Origin: an uncultured Fibrobacteria bacterium
GTDB lineage: Bacteria; Fibrobacterota; Fibrobacteria; UBA11236
Length of the DNA: 40,201 bases
Assembly: GCA_965652255.1 (NCBI GenBank)
Contig: CBFGVC010000002.1
Location: forward strand, 1 to 40,201
Direction of reading: 5' to 3'
Shown: piece after piece, positions 1 to 8,523 of the stretch
Position numbering within the stretch: position 1 is the stretch's first letter
Layout of the letters: every line of letters starts with the position of its first letter
Program-made: the position numbers and the translations under genes
Notes under the pieces: generated by a model
Databases searched by the model: none
What the model saw: the letters and a program-made list of their open reading frames with translations, nothing else
Told to the model about the DNA's origin: nothing

Positions 1-153
1 GGGCGACAGGGTAACTGTTACGGGCGCGCCTGGGCTCGCCCTTTGGAGCACGGAAACCCCGGTACCCGCGCCCGCCCGGTCGTCCCCGAAGCGCCCGGAC
101 AGCCCGGCGACCCCGAAAGCCCCCCACCGCGACTTTCTATCTTTGCCCGTACC

Positions 154-1074
154 ATGGAGAACTTCGCCTCCAGGGACGAGAAGCCCGAAATCCTCAAGCG
201 CATCGAGGCCATTGGCAACCGTGAGACGGATGCCCTGGATTCGTCGCGCCTTTTGCGCGGGTTCCTCGATTCGGGCGACATCGAGATCGTGACCGCCGCC
301 GTGCAGGCTTCGGGGCCGTTCGTCTCCGACCAGGGCCTGTTCGAGAAAATCCTCGCGCTGGCCGCTTCGCATCCCGACGAGGAGGTCCGCGGCATGGCGT
401 CGAGCTGCCTGGGCAACGTGATCTTCGACGGGCTCGAGTTCGAGGACGACTTGCCCGAGGGCATCGAGGCTCCTCCGCCCTCGGTCGATCCCGAGTTCTA
501 CGCGGCGGTGAAGGACTTTTTGTTCTCGCGCGTGGACGCGCTCATGGAGAGCATGGAGGTGCGCCGCCGCGTGCTGGAGGCCCTGGGCCACCTCGCATGG
601 AAGCCCGACGTGCGCGCCATCGTGCTGCGCTTCTACCGCGAGGCGCCGAACTCCTGGGTGAAGGTGAGCGCGCTCTACGCCATGGGCCTCGTGCGCGACC
701 CGGTGTTCGAGCGCATCCTGCTCGAGGAATTGTACAGCGAGAACGAGCACATCCTCATCGAGGCGTCCCACGCCTCGCACATGCTTCAGCTGCGCGCCGC
801 CGAGAAGCGGCTCGAGGAGCTGGCGCGCCACCCCAGCATCGACGTGCGCTACGAGGCCGTGGTCGCGCTCGCGACCGTGGGCGGGCTCGAGCGCCTGCCC
901 GGCGTGCTGAGCGCCATCGAGGGCGAGAATGTCGGCTCCCAGGACATCGCCGAGGCGCTGGAGCAGGCGCGAGGCATTCTCAAGCAGCGCCGTATGGTGG
1001 AGAGCGGCGAGCCCCTGTGGGACGACAAGCGCCTCCTCGACGAGATCGACGAGATGCTAGGTCCTCACCCCTAA
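154..1074 (+). CDS. HEAT/armadillo-like repeat protein (hypothetical)
   Basis: ORF 43..1074 begins with TTG. The first ATG is at 154 (MENFASRDEK...). Repeated helical units carry D/E-x-VR motifs (DEEVRGMA, SMEVRRRVLEAL, DVRYEAVVAL). The last codons and the stop lie inside repeat 1063..1179. Confidence 0.6.
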   Translation: MENFASRDEKPEILKRIEAIGNRETDALDSSRLLRGFLDSGDIEIVTAAVQASGPFVSDQGLFEKILALAASHPDEEVRGMASSCLGNVIFDGLEFEDDLPEGIEAPPPSVDPEFYAAVKDFLFSRVDALMESMEVRRRVLEALGHLAWKPDVRAIVLRFYREAPNSWVKVSALYAMGLVRDPVFERILLEELYSENEHILIEASHASHMLQLRAAEKRLEELARHPSIDVRYEAVVALATVGGLERLPGVLSAIEGENVGSQDIAEALEQARGILKQRRMVESGEPLWDDKRLLDEIDEMLGPHP

Positions 1075-1179
1075 CCCCCCGACCCCCTTCCCCCTCTCCT
1101 CGTAACGCTTCACGTCGAGGAGAGGGGGAAGGGGGCAACTCCCCGATCCGGTTCGACTTTCCCGGGGATGGGGGTGAGG
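1063..1179. repeat. GC-rich nested-palindrome repeat, copy 1
   Basis: Outer inverted repeat cctcacccc (1063-1071) pairs with ggggtgagg (1171-1179). The inner hairpin is cccccttccccctctcctcg, loop taacgcttcacgt, then cgaggagagggggaaggggg (1083-1135). Related copies lie at 19831..20071 and 22861..23090. Confidence 0.85.
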
Positions 1180-1232
1180 GCCCATGGACCCGAGTCCATC
1201 CTTCGCCCTCTCTCTTTCTACGTCTCCAGTCC

Positions 1233-2693
1233 ATGTCCCCCCGACCTCCCTCCCTCTCCGCCTGCCACTTCTCCGGCCTCGCCGGCGGAGGCATGAGCGC
1301 GCTGGCGTGGTACCTGAGGCTCTCGGGCCGCGAGGTATCCGGCTCGGACCGCGCCTTCGACAAGGGCGACCCGTCGGTCGCGGAGGCGCGCGCGGCCATG
1401 GCGCGCGCGGGGATGCGGGTGACCCCGCAGGACGGCTCGGGGCTAACGGAAGGCGCCACCGCGCTCATCGTCTCCACCGCCATCGAGGGCGACAGCCCCG
1501 AGGTGCGCCGGGCTAAGGAACTGGGCGTGCCCGTGCTGCACCGCTCCGAGCTTCTCGCCTTGCTCGCCGCCGAGAAAAAAACCATCGCCGTGGCCGGGAC
1601 CTCGGGCAAGTCCACCGTCACCGGCATGATCTGGCAAATCCTGGACGCGGCCGCCGCGTCCATCGGCGGCGCGCCCTCGCTCATCACCGGCGCGAACCTG
1701 CCCTCGCTCACGGAGAAAGGCCTGCCCGGCAACGCGTTCTTCGGGGAAGGCGGCTGGCTCGTGATCGAGGCCGACGAGTCCGACGGCAGCCTCGTGCGCT
1801 ATCGCCCCGAGATCGCCGTGCTGCTCAACATCGAAAAGGATCATCAGGAGATCGACGCCCTCATGCCTCTCTTCGCGACCTTCCGCGACAACTCGAAGGC
1901 GGCCGTCGTGAACGCGCGGGACGCGCGCTGCATGTCGCTGAAGCGCGCGGGAGACGCGGAGTTCGACGCGGGCGCGGCGGGTGAAGGGAGCAACGCGAAA
2001 ATGTCGGCGGGGGGCTTCTCCGCGGACGACGTGTCGTTCGGTGATTGGGAGTCGTCCTTCCGCTGGAGGGGCGTGTCGTTCCGGGTTCCCGTGCCGGGAC
2101 GGCACAACGTGGAGAACGCGCTGGCCGCGCTCGCCGTGGCGACGCGGATCGGAGTGGCTCCGGAGGACGCCGCGCGCGGCCTCGCCGCGTTCAAGGGCGT
2201 GGAGCGACGTTATGTTCGCGTCGGCGAGGCGAACGGAATCACCGTGATCGACGACTTCGCCCACAACCCGGCCAAGGTGCGCGCGGCGCTCGAGACGGGC
2301 GCGCGCCTGGCGCGCAAGTCGGGCGGAAGGCTGCTCGCGATCTTCCATCCTCACGGCTTCGCGCCCATGAAGCTGGTGGGGCGCGACATCATGGAGGAAG
2401 CGGCCCACACCCTGGGTCCGGAGGACCTTCTTTACGTGCCGCCCATCTATTACGCGGGCGGAACGGCCGACCGCGCGATTTCTTCGGAGGACCTCGTCTC
2501 GCACCTGAACGCGCAGCGCGGGGTCGCGGGCCGCGTCGGGAAAGCGGCGGGAATCGCCCCGGAGTCGAAGGACGCGGCCCTGGCGGCGGTGTCCGCCGCC
2601 GCGCGCCCGGGAGACGTGATCCTGTCGATGGGCGCGCGCGACCCCGCGCTCGGGGGCTTCGCGAAGCGGCTCCTGGCGGCGCTTCAGCGGTAA
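1233..2693 (+). CDS. Mur ligase family protein, MurC-like (UDP-N-acetylmuramate--L-alanine ligase-like)
   Basis: This is the 3' part of ORF 597..2693, with an ATG at 1233. The N-terminus HFSGLAGGGMSALAWYLRLSGREVSGSD resembles the MurC Rossmann start. It has a P-loop AVAGTSGKST, an EADESDGS motif, GRHNVENALAA and DDFAHNPAKV. The upstream 597..1232 extension overlaps the HEAT gene and the repeat. Confidence 0.8.
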   Translation: MSPRPPSLSACHFSGLAGGGMSALAWYLRLSGREVSGSDRAFDKGDPSVAEARAAMARAGMRVTPQDGSGLTEGATALIVSTAIEGDSPEVRRAKELGVPVLHRSELLALLAAEKKTIAVAGTSGKSTVTGMIWQILDAAAASIGGAPSLITGANLPSLTEKGLPGNAFFGEGGWLVIEADESDGSLVRYRPEIAVLLNIEKDHQEIDALMPLFATFRDNSKAAVVNARDARCMSLKRAGDAEFDAGAAGEGSNAKMSAGGFSADDVSFGDWESSFRWRGVSFRVPVPGRHNVENALAALAVATRIGVAPEDAARGLAAFKGVERRYVRVGEANGITVIDDFAHNPAKVRAALETGARLARKSGGRLLAIFHPHGFAPMKLVGRDIMEEAAHTLGPEDLLYVPPIYYAGGTADRAISSEDLVSHLNAQRGVAGRVGKAAGIAPESKDAALAAVSAAARPGDVILSMGARDPALGGFAKRLLAALQR

Positions 2694-2698
2694 GTCGG

Positions 2699-2741
2699 GA
2701 ATGGCCGCAAAAGGACGCAAAGGACGCAAGGGCGGCCATTC
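2699..2741 (+). terminator. Hairpin downstream of the Mur ligase gene
   Basis: A perfect 10-bp stem, gaatggccgc (2699-2708) with gcggccattc (2732-2741), starts 6 nt after the stop. The loop contains the direct repeat aaaggacgc twice. There is no clear T-run. Confidence 0.45.
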
Positions 2742-2750
2742 GTTCCCGAA

Positions 2751-2813
2751 AAACCCCTGTTTGCGGAAAATCCTCCCGGTTTCGGCCCATAAGTCCTTGA
2801 CAAACAGGGGTTT
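2751..2813 (+). promoter_or_regulatory. 13-bp perfect inverted repeat in the leader of the basic mini-gene
   Basis: aaacccctgtttg (2751-2763) pairs with caaacaggggttt (2801-2813) across a 37-nt loop. The right arm ends 46 nt before the ATG at 2860 and contains a TTGACA hexamer. Confidence 0.4.
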
Positions 2814-2859
2814 GGTAATGACTTTTGCCTCTCCCTTTTTTTGAGCCTTAGAGGTTACG

Positions 2860-2955
2860 ATGCCCTGTGGAAAAAAGCGTAAGCGGGCGAAAATGGCGAC
2901 GCACAAGCGCAAGAAGCGCCGCCGCCGCAATCGCCACAAGAAGAAGATCTCGTAA
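2860..2955 (+). CDS. 31-aa ultra-basic mini-protein, AURKAIP1/COX24-like (bS22/mS38-like ribosome-associated peptide)
   Basis: Not in the ORF track because it is under 60 aa. It translates as MPCGKKRKRAKMATHKRKKRRRRNRHKKKIS plus a stop. From memory this matches the short KRKRxKMxTHKRKKRxRxNRHKKK peptides conserved in FCB-group genomes. A strong terminator follows. Confidence 0.6.
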   Translation: MPCGKKRKRAKMATHKRKKRRRRNRHKKKIS

Positions 2956-3008
2956 CCGGTGCGGCGCGCCTCTTTTGAGGACGCACGCCGCCGACCGTAG
3001 AACCGAAG

Positions 3009-3045
3009 AAAAAAGGCTCCCCGTCTCGCGAGGGGAGCCTTTTTT
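3009..3045. terminator. Bidirectional rho-independent terminator
   Basis: A6, ggctcccc, a 9-nt loop, ggggagcc, T6. It sits between the convergent mini-gene (+) and the DUF4321 gene (-). Confidence 0.85.
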
Positions 3046-3080
3046 CGTTCATTCGTTCGCGGCCCTCGGCGCCTCTGGCT

Positions 3081-3392
3081 CTAGTTGCGCCACCACTTCA
3101 GCAGGTAGAGCGCCGCGCCCATCCCGAGCAGGCTGCACACGTTGAACTTGAAGCCCAGGCCCAAGCGCACCTTGAACATGTAGAGGTCGAGCGTCCAGCC
3201 TCCGCCGTTGTAGCCGAGGTCGATCTCGAGCGCCTTCACGAAGAAGTTGCGGATGGGATTGTCGGCGCCGCCCCCGCTCATCTCGCCGAACTTGCCGAGG
3301 ATGTAGCCGAGCGACTCGCCCAGCACGCCGCCGATGATGAGGCCGAGCACGACGAAGAAAATCGTCCATCCCAGCTTTTTGTTCCGTTCCAT
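3081..3392 (-). CDS. DUF4321-like small membrane protein
   Basis: 103 aa with an ATG start. It has an N-terminal TM helix (WTIFFVVLGLIIGGVLGESLGYILG) and a C-terminal hydrophobic segment. The layout matches my recollection of DUF4321. Confidence 0.75.
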   Translation of the reverse strand: MERNKKLGWTIFFVVLGLIIGGVLGESLGYILGKFGEMSGGGADNPIRNFFVKALEIDLGYNGGGWTLDLYMFKVRLGLGFKFNVCSLLGMGAALYLLKWWRN

Positions 3393-3461
3393 CCCTCGCT
3401 CCTCGCGGCCCCCGGCCGCCCGAATGTTTCCTTGAACGTTTCGCGTTCTTCCGGACCCGAA

Positions 3462-3479
3462 CCCCGGCCTGCGCCGGGG
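3462..3479. repeat. 18-nt GC hairpin module ccccggcctgcgccgggg
   Basis: An identical 18-mer recurs at 4376..4393. The stem is ccccggc/gccgggg with loop ctgc. Confidence 0.8.
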
Positions 3480-3504
3480 AAGGCCCCCGAACCCGAACCC
3501 GGAC

Positions 3505-4266
3505 TTACGCTCCCGGATCGTAGCCGTCGGGGTATTCCACCTTCGCCAGGCACAAGCCCTGCGGCGGCGCCCAGAACCTCTCGCCCTCGAAGCGCCCCTC
3601 GAGGATGGCGCGCACCAGCCCCGGCGGGTGCGCGCCCCGCGCCGCGTCGAGCGCCGCGCCGATCAGGGAGCGCACCATCTTGTGCAGGAACCTGTCGGCC
3701 GCCACCGTGACGTCCAGGAATGCCCCGCCCCGCTCGCCGCCCGTTTCGACTTCGGCCTGAAGCAAGGTGCAAGCGGTGGACTTCCCGTCGTCGCGCGGCA
3801 CCGAGAAGTTTAGGAAATCGTGCCGGCCCAGGGCGGAGCGCAGCTCGGCGCGGAGCAATCCCACGTCGAAGGGCCAAGGCGGATGCCACGAGAGGTCGGC
3901 CATAAGCGCCACGGGGCGCAGGGCGAGGCGATAGACGTAACGGCGCGAGAGCGCGTCGAAGCGGGCGTGGAAGGCGTCGTCGCAGCGCTCCATGCCGCGA
4001 ACGCGGACATGCGGGCCGGAGAGGGCATTGAGCGAGAACTGCACGCGGCGCGGCTCGATCTCCTCCGGCGCGTCGAAGTGGGCCACCTGTCCCGTCGCGT
4101 GCACGCCCGCGTCGGTGCGGCCCGCGCCGTGCACGCGCACGGGGCGGCGGAGCGCGGTCGCGAGCGCCTTTTCCAGCGCGCCCTGCACGGTCTCGGGGCC
4201 GTCTTGCAGCTGCCAGCCGGCGAAGGCCGCGCCGTGATATTCGACGCCGAAGCGGTAGCGGGGCAT
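3505..4266 (-). CDS. truA: tRNA pseudouridine(38-40) synthase TruA
   Basis: 253 aa. The N-terminus MPRYRFGVEYHGAAFAGWQ is followed by the catalytic GAGRTDAGVHA motif and the FLHKMVR block. Confidence 0.95.
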   Translation of the reverse strand: MPRYRFGVEYHGAAFAGWQLQDGPETVQGALEKALATALRRPVRVHGAGRTDAGVHATGQVAHFDAPEEIEPRRVQFSLNALSGPHVRVRGMERCDDAFHARFDALSRRYVYRLALRPVALMADLSWHPPWPFDVGLLRAELRSALGRHDFLNFSVPRDDGKSTACTLLQAEVETGGERGGAFLDVTVAADRFLHKMVRSLIGAALDAARGAHPPGLVRAILEGRFEGERFWAPPQGLCLAKVEYPDGYDPGA

Positions 4267-4366
4267 GGGGGAAAGGTAGGTCGGGGAGGAAGGGGAGGAA
4301 GAGAGGGGATTTTTCGGAGGCCTTTCTCCGGATGGTTCGGGATTCTTTGCGGGCGAAGCTTCGTCG

Positions 4367-4417
4367 CTGCCTCACCCCCGGCCTGCGCCGGGGTAAACTG
4401 CGGCGGGGGTGAGGCAG
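4367..4417. repeat. Nested hairpin (repeat-family module) in the truA / secreted-protein divergent region
   Basis: The outer 13-bp inverted repeat ctgcctcaccccc (4367-4379) pairs with gggggtgaggcag (4405-4417). It encloses the 18-mer hairpin 4376..4393. The nearby 14-mer ggttcgggattctt (4334-4347) is identical to 8349-8362. Confidence 0.8.
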
Positions 4418-4519
4418 TTCGCCCGCAGCGAAAACCGATTCCGAAGAGCCGCCGACGAAGCATCCCGCCCCCCGCCTCTTTGTACCTTGTCCCGCCTGAA
4501 TCTCTCTGCCCGGACGCCC

Positions 4520-7500
4520 ATGATCGCCAAGGTTTCAAGCCCGCTTCGCTTCCTTTTCTCCTTCGCCGGTCCTGCGCTGTCCGGGATGCTTTTCGCCCTG
4601 GGCGCGGCGCTCGCCCCCGACCCGGCTCACGCGGCGCCCCGCCCCTCGCCCTTCCTCGCCAAGACCGCCGCCAACGGCGAGCCCGACACCCTCGAGGTGT
4701 TCGTGCTTTACGTGGAGTTCAAGGACGAGACCGACGCGGCTGACGAACCCGGCACAACGGGCAAGGGCACTTTCGGATCCGACAAGGATCTCGACTACGA
4801 ACTCGACCCCAACGGCTCGGTCCGGCTGCGCACCCCTTACTTGACCCGGCGTTTCGAGTTCGCGCAGGATTACTTCGACAAGGTCTCGGGCGGCCGGGTG
4901 GTGATCGAGCCTCGCATCTTCCCGCCGCCCTCCAACGACAGCGTCGTGACTCCGCTCCGGCTCGAGGAGCGCATGAAGTTTTACAACCCGGCCTTCGAGG
5001 ACAAGTCCGCCAAGCAAAAGACCAGCGACTTCAACAAGCAGCGGGCGGTCCAGCTGATGCGCTTCGTGAGCGAGACGGCGCGCCTGTTCGACGCGGAGCA
5101 GGACGCCGCCCGCAATCCCTTCCGCGTCGCCTTCACCGAAGCCGCGGCGAATCCTTCGCCCAACCGCCATCGCGCCTTCCTCATCTTCCACGCCGGACAC
5201 TCGCGGCTGATCGACGGCGGCACGTTGGGCTACCTGGGCGCGAACACGCCCAACGACTTCACCGACTTCTTCGTCACCAAGCCCGATTTCCAGTTTCTCG
5301 GCGACTCCACGGCTCCCCCCGCCTTTCATCGCGATTCGGCCGGGGTCGTGGTGGGCGACACCGTCGTCACGCAGTTCATGATGCTCTCGGAGTCGGCCAC
5401 GCAGGAGGGCGTCAACTGGGGCATCAACGGCATCCTCATCAACCAGCTCGCGCGGCAAATGGGCATGCCGGACCTCTTCGACGTGGTGAAGGGCATCTCG
5501 CAGGTGGGCACCTTCGACGTCATGGACTTCGCCGGGTACAACACCATGAACGGTTTCCTGCCCATCTTCCCCTCGGCGTGGTCGCGCAGCTTCATGGGCT
5601 GGGACGAGCCGGTGACGGCGAGGCCGGGCGACAACCCGTGCCCCGGGATCGAGGACTGCTCGGAGTACACGATCCACGCCGCCGACCAGCCGGGGCCGGG
5701 ACGCGTCCGCACGCTCCGCGTCCCGATCAACGAGCGCGAGTACCTGCTGGTGGAGAACCGCCAGCGCGCCGCCGGCGCTGACTCCGTGACGGTGTGGTTC
5801 AGCGCCAAGGCCAATGAAACGGACGTGATGTTCTCCAAGCGGGACTCGATAGACGTTCCCTACGCCTTCCTCGACTCCTTGTTCCTCGACTCGCTGTGCA
5901 CCGGAACGGGCTCGAACCGTTGCTCCGAAAAGCAGCCGAATCCCAAGCGCCCCACGGGCGTCATCACCCGCGCCAGCCACTACGACATGGGGCTTCCGGG
6001 CAACGGCCTTCTCGTCTGGCACGTCAACGAGTGGTTCCTCGAGGCCTTCCTTCCCTTCGGGGCGGTGAACGCTTGGCTGGGCGACACGCTGCGCAACCAG
6101 TACAAGGGTTTGGAGCTCGTCGAGGCCGACGGCGTGCCCAGCATCGGCAAGGAGTTCACCGACCCGCTGGGCCAGCCCGCCTTCGACTACGGGACCGCGC
6201 GCGACATGCTGCCGCACGTCTATCGCAAGCGGAGGAATCCCCCCAAGGACACCTCGTGGGCCGCGCCCGACACCCTCACGCGGATCGGGCCGTACAGCTT
6301 CACGAACACCAATTCGTGGAACGACGGGCGAACCCACGTCACGATCGAGGCGCTGCTTCCGTCCTCGGCGTCGCTCGCGCCGACCGTCAGCTCCTTCAGC
6401 GGCGATTCGGTGCGCACGGTGCGCGATTCGGTGATCACCGTGCGCGTGCATTGGGCCGGCAACAACAGTTTCGCCCGTCCCGCGGGCTCGCGTTGGCCCG
6501 TCCACACCGCCCCCGCGGGCAACCCGCGCGCGGTGAGCGTGGTGCGCGACGGCCTTGGCCGCGCGCACCTTGTCAGCGCCGCCGACGGCGGCTTGCTGCA
6601 GACCTACGCCGCCACGGGGCGGCCCGCGCTGGCCGCGCGCGACACCGTGCGCGACTCGTCGCGCTACGCGGGCGTCGATGTGCTGCTCCCTTCCGGAAAC
6701 AACCGTCCGGTGAACGCCGCGCCCGTGAACTCCTTCTCCGACGTCGCGGGCGCGACCCTCGGCGCGGCGGTCGTGAACGACTCGATCCTCGCGGTGCTGA
6801 CGCCCTCGGGACTGCGGCTGGCGCGCGCGCGCGCCGACTCGCTGGCCGCGGGCTGGGACACCACGCTCGCGCCGAGCCTGAAGGGAGGCGCCGACACCCT
6901 CATCGCCTTCGCGGGCAAGGCCGGCCCCATGGCGTGGGGCGGCCGCGTGTTCGCCCTCGACAGCGCGGGCGCCTTGCGCTGGTGGAATCCGGATGGCTCC
7001 GCCGCGGGCTCCGTCGCGCTGCCGTCCGGTGCGGCGGGGAACTGGCAGGCGATGGCGGGGCTCGTCTTCGGGAGCGGCGCGGATTCCTTGCAAGTCGTCG
7101 TGGCCGGAGCGAACGGCACGGCCGTGCGGGTGAACCCCGCGGGCGCCGCCTTCGATGACCTCGCGCCGAAATGGGATCCGGACTGGACGCATGACCCCGA
7201 CGAAACCTTCACGGCCACCGTCTCCGACTTCGACCGCGACGGGCACGACGACGTGTTCCTGCTCGGCTCGCGCGGCGCGGCGATCCTGGTGCATGCGCGC
7301 CAGGATCGCCCGGGCCAGCCCCTGCCGGGCTGGCCGCCGCAAAGGCGGCTGCCGCGCTCGCTCGCCTTCGCCGACTCGCTCTCCGACTCGTTGGGCAACT
7401 ACGTGGCAGAGGACCGAACCCCTCCCGCGCTCGCCGATCTCGACCGCGACGGCTTTCCCGACATCATCTTTTCGGGCACCAACGGCGTGTACGCCTACGA

Positions 7501-8320
7501 CCGCCGCGGCGCTTCCCTGCGCGGCTGGCCCTTCCGCATGCAGCCGCGCCAGGCAGTGGGCTTCGCCTACGCCAACCGCGGCCTGCCCGCCTCGGTGATC
7601 GGCTCCACGCCGCTCGCCATCACGCTGCGCGGCTCGCCCACCGTGCTCGTCGCCTCGCCCGACGGGCTCGTTCACGCCGTGGACAGCGCCGGCAAGGCGG
7701 TGCGCTACAGCTCCTTCCAGCCCGCGCAGGGCAAGGGCGCCGGCGTGCTGATGAGCGATCGCGCCGACTGGCCGCTCAGCGTCGGGGGGCTCACGCTCGA
7801 CTCGACGCGGTCTCCCTTCATCCATATCATGGTCGCGCGCCTCGACAGCGGAGCGGGCGCCGGCGCGGGCGACCCCGCGCTCATCGCTCAGACCGCCGCG
7901 GGCTCGCTCAACGCCTGGACGTTGCGCGAGGCGCAGGCCACCGCCGCCGGCTGGCCCATGCCCGGCGGCGACCCCGCGCGCACCCAGCGCCTGGCCGCCT
8001 CGAACCTCGGCGACACGATCGTGGCCGCCGCGCGCGAGAGCATCGAGGAGTTCCGCCTGTACCCGAGCCCCCTGCGCGGCGGCATCGCGAAAGTGCACCT
8101 CAAGATCGGCGCCGCAGCGTCGTCGGCGCGCATCCGCGTGTACGACCTCTCGGGCCGGGCGGTCAAGGATGAGACCTTCCCGCTGCAAGCCGCGGGCACG
8201 CAGCCGACGCGCGAGATCGACTTGCGCCACTTGGGTCCCGACGTGTACAGCGTCGTGTGCGAGGTGAGTTTTCCCGGCGGAAAGAAAACCGCGCGGCAGA
8301 GGTTGGGAGTGGTGAAGTAG
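4520..8320 (+). CDS. Secreted multidomain protein: M6 (InhA)-like domain with degenerate zinc site, FG-GAP/VCBS-like repeats, T9SS-type C-terminal sorting domain
   Basis: The ATG at 4520 gives the signal peptide MIAKVSSPLRFLFSFAGPALSGMLFALGAALAPDPAHA. An M6-like start (LEVFVLYVEFKD) and a GMPDLFD block are present. FG-GAP-like motifs are DFDRDGHDDVFLLG and LADLDRDGFPDIIFSG. The last ~85 aa (FRLYPSPLRGG...RIRVYDLSGRAV...VYSVVCEV) resemble a T9SS/FlgD-Ig-like CTD. Confidence 0.85.
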   Translation: MIAKVSSPLRFLFSFAGPALSGMLFALGAALAPDPAHAAPRPSPFLAKTAANGEPDTLEVFVLYVEFKDETDAADEPGTTGKGTFGSDKDLDYELDPNGSVRLRTPYLTRRFEFAQDYFDKVSGGRVVIEPRIFPPPSNDSVVTPLRLEERMKFYNPAFEDKSAKQKTSDFNKQRAVQLMRFVSETARLFDAEQDAARNPFRVAFTEAAANPSPNRHRAFLIFHAGHSRLIDGGTLGYLGANTPNDFTDFFVTKPDFQFLGDSTAPPAFHRDSAGVVVGDTVVTQFMMLSESATQEGVNWGINGILINQLARQMGMPDLFDVVKGISQVGTFDVMDFAGYNTMNGFLPIFPSAWSRSFMGWDEPVTARPGDNPCPGIEDCSEYTIHAADQPGPGRVRTLRVPINEREYLLVENRQRAAGADSVTVWFSAKANETDVMFSKRDSIDVPYAFLDSLFLDSLCTGTGSNRCSEKQPNPKRPTGVITRASHYDMGLPGNGLLVWHVNEWFLEAFLPFGAVNAWLGDTLRNQYKGLELVEADGVPSIGKEFTDPLGQPAFDYGTARDMLPHVYRKRRNPPKDTSWAAPDTLTRIGPYSFTNTNSWNDGRTHVTIEALLPSSASLAPTVSSFSGDSVRTVRDSVITVRVHWAGNNSFARPAGSRWPVHTAPAGNPRAVSVVRDGLGRAHLVSAADGGLLQTYAATGRPALAARDTVRDSSRYAGVDVLLPSGNNRPVNAAPVNSFSDVAGATLGAAVVNDSILAVLTPSGLRLARARADSLAAGWDTTLAPSLKGGADTLIAFAGKAGPMAWGGRVFALDSAGALRWWNPDGSAAGSVALPSGAAGNWQAMAGLVFGSGADSLQVVVAGANGTAVRVNPAGAAFDDLAPKWDPDWTHDPDETFTATVSDFDRDGHDDVFLLGSRGAAILVHARQDRPGQPLPGWPPQRRLPRSLAFADSLSDSLGNYVAEDRTPPALADLDRDGFPDIIFSGTNGVYAYDRRGASLRGWPFRMQPRQAVGFAYANRGLPASVIGSTPLAITLRGSPTVLVASPDGLVHAVDSAGKAVRYSSFQPAQGKGAGVLMSDRADWPLSVGGLTLDSTRSPFIHIMVARLDSGAGAGAGDPALIAQTAAGSLNAWTLREAQATAAGWPMPGGDPARTQRLAASNLGDTIVAAARESIEEFRLYPSPLRGGIAKVHLKIGAAASSARIRVYDLSGRAVKDETFPLQAAGTQPTREIDLRHLGPDVYSVVCEVSFPGGKKTARQRLGVVK

Positions 8321-8348
8321 GAGGGAAGCGTTGGAATCGATGCCTTGG

Positions 8349-8508
8349 GGTTCGGGATTCTTCGGAGCCTTCCCTTCGGATGGTTTGGGTTCGGGGTAGC
8401 CCCAAGGAACGAATCCGGTTCGTGAGCGGTTTCCCAAACCATCCAGCGGGCTGAAAACAGGCGAATCCCGGACCACCCAAAGAAAAGATTCCGAAGAATC
8501 CCAAACCT
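8349..8508. repeat. Structured intergenic element (nested inverted repeats)
   Basis: The outer 18-bp inverted repeat is 8349-8366 with 8490-8507, with one mismatch. The inner perfect 12-bp inverted repeat is ggatggtttggg (8378-8389) with cccaaaccatcc (8433-8444). It shares sub-modules with 4321-4347. Confidence 0.75.
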
Positions 8509-8523
8509 TCTAACTTTCCCCCC

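Noticed and set aside
597-1232. The 5' extension of the Mur ligase ORF (698-aa version).
   Set aside because: It overlaps the HEAT gene in another frame and reads through the repeat element as Arg/Pro-rich sequence. Homology to MurC starts only after ATG 1233.
4535-8476. A 1313-aa ORF on the minus strand.
   Set aside because: It is antisense to the secreted-protein gene. The translation is Arg/Gly/Ala/His-rich low-complexity sequence with no motifs. The plus-strand frame has a signal peptide, FG-GAP motifs and a sorting domain. This is a typical high-GC shadow ORF.
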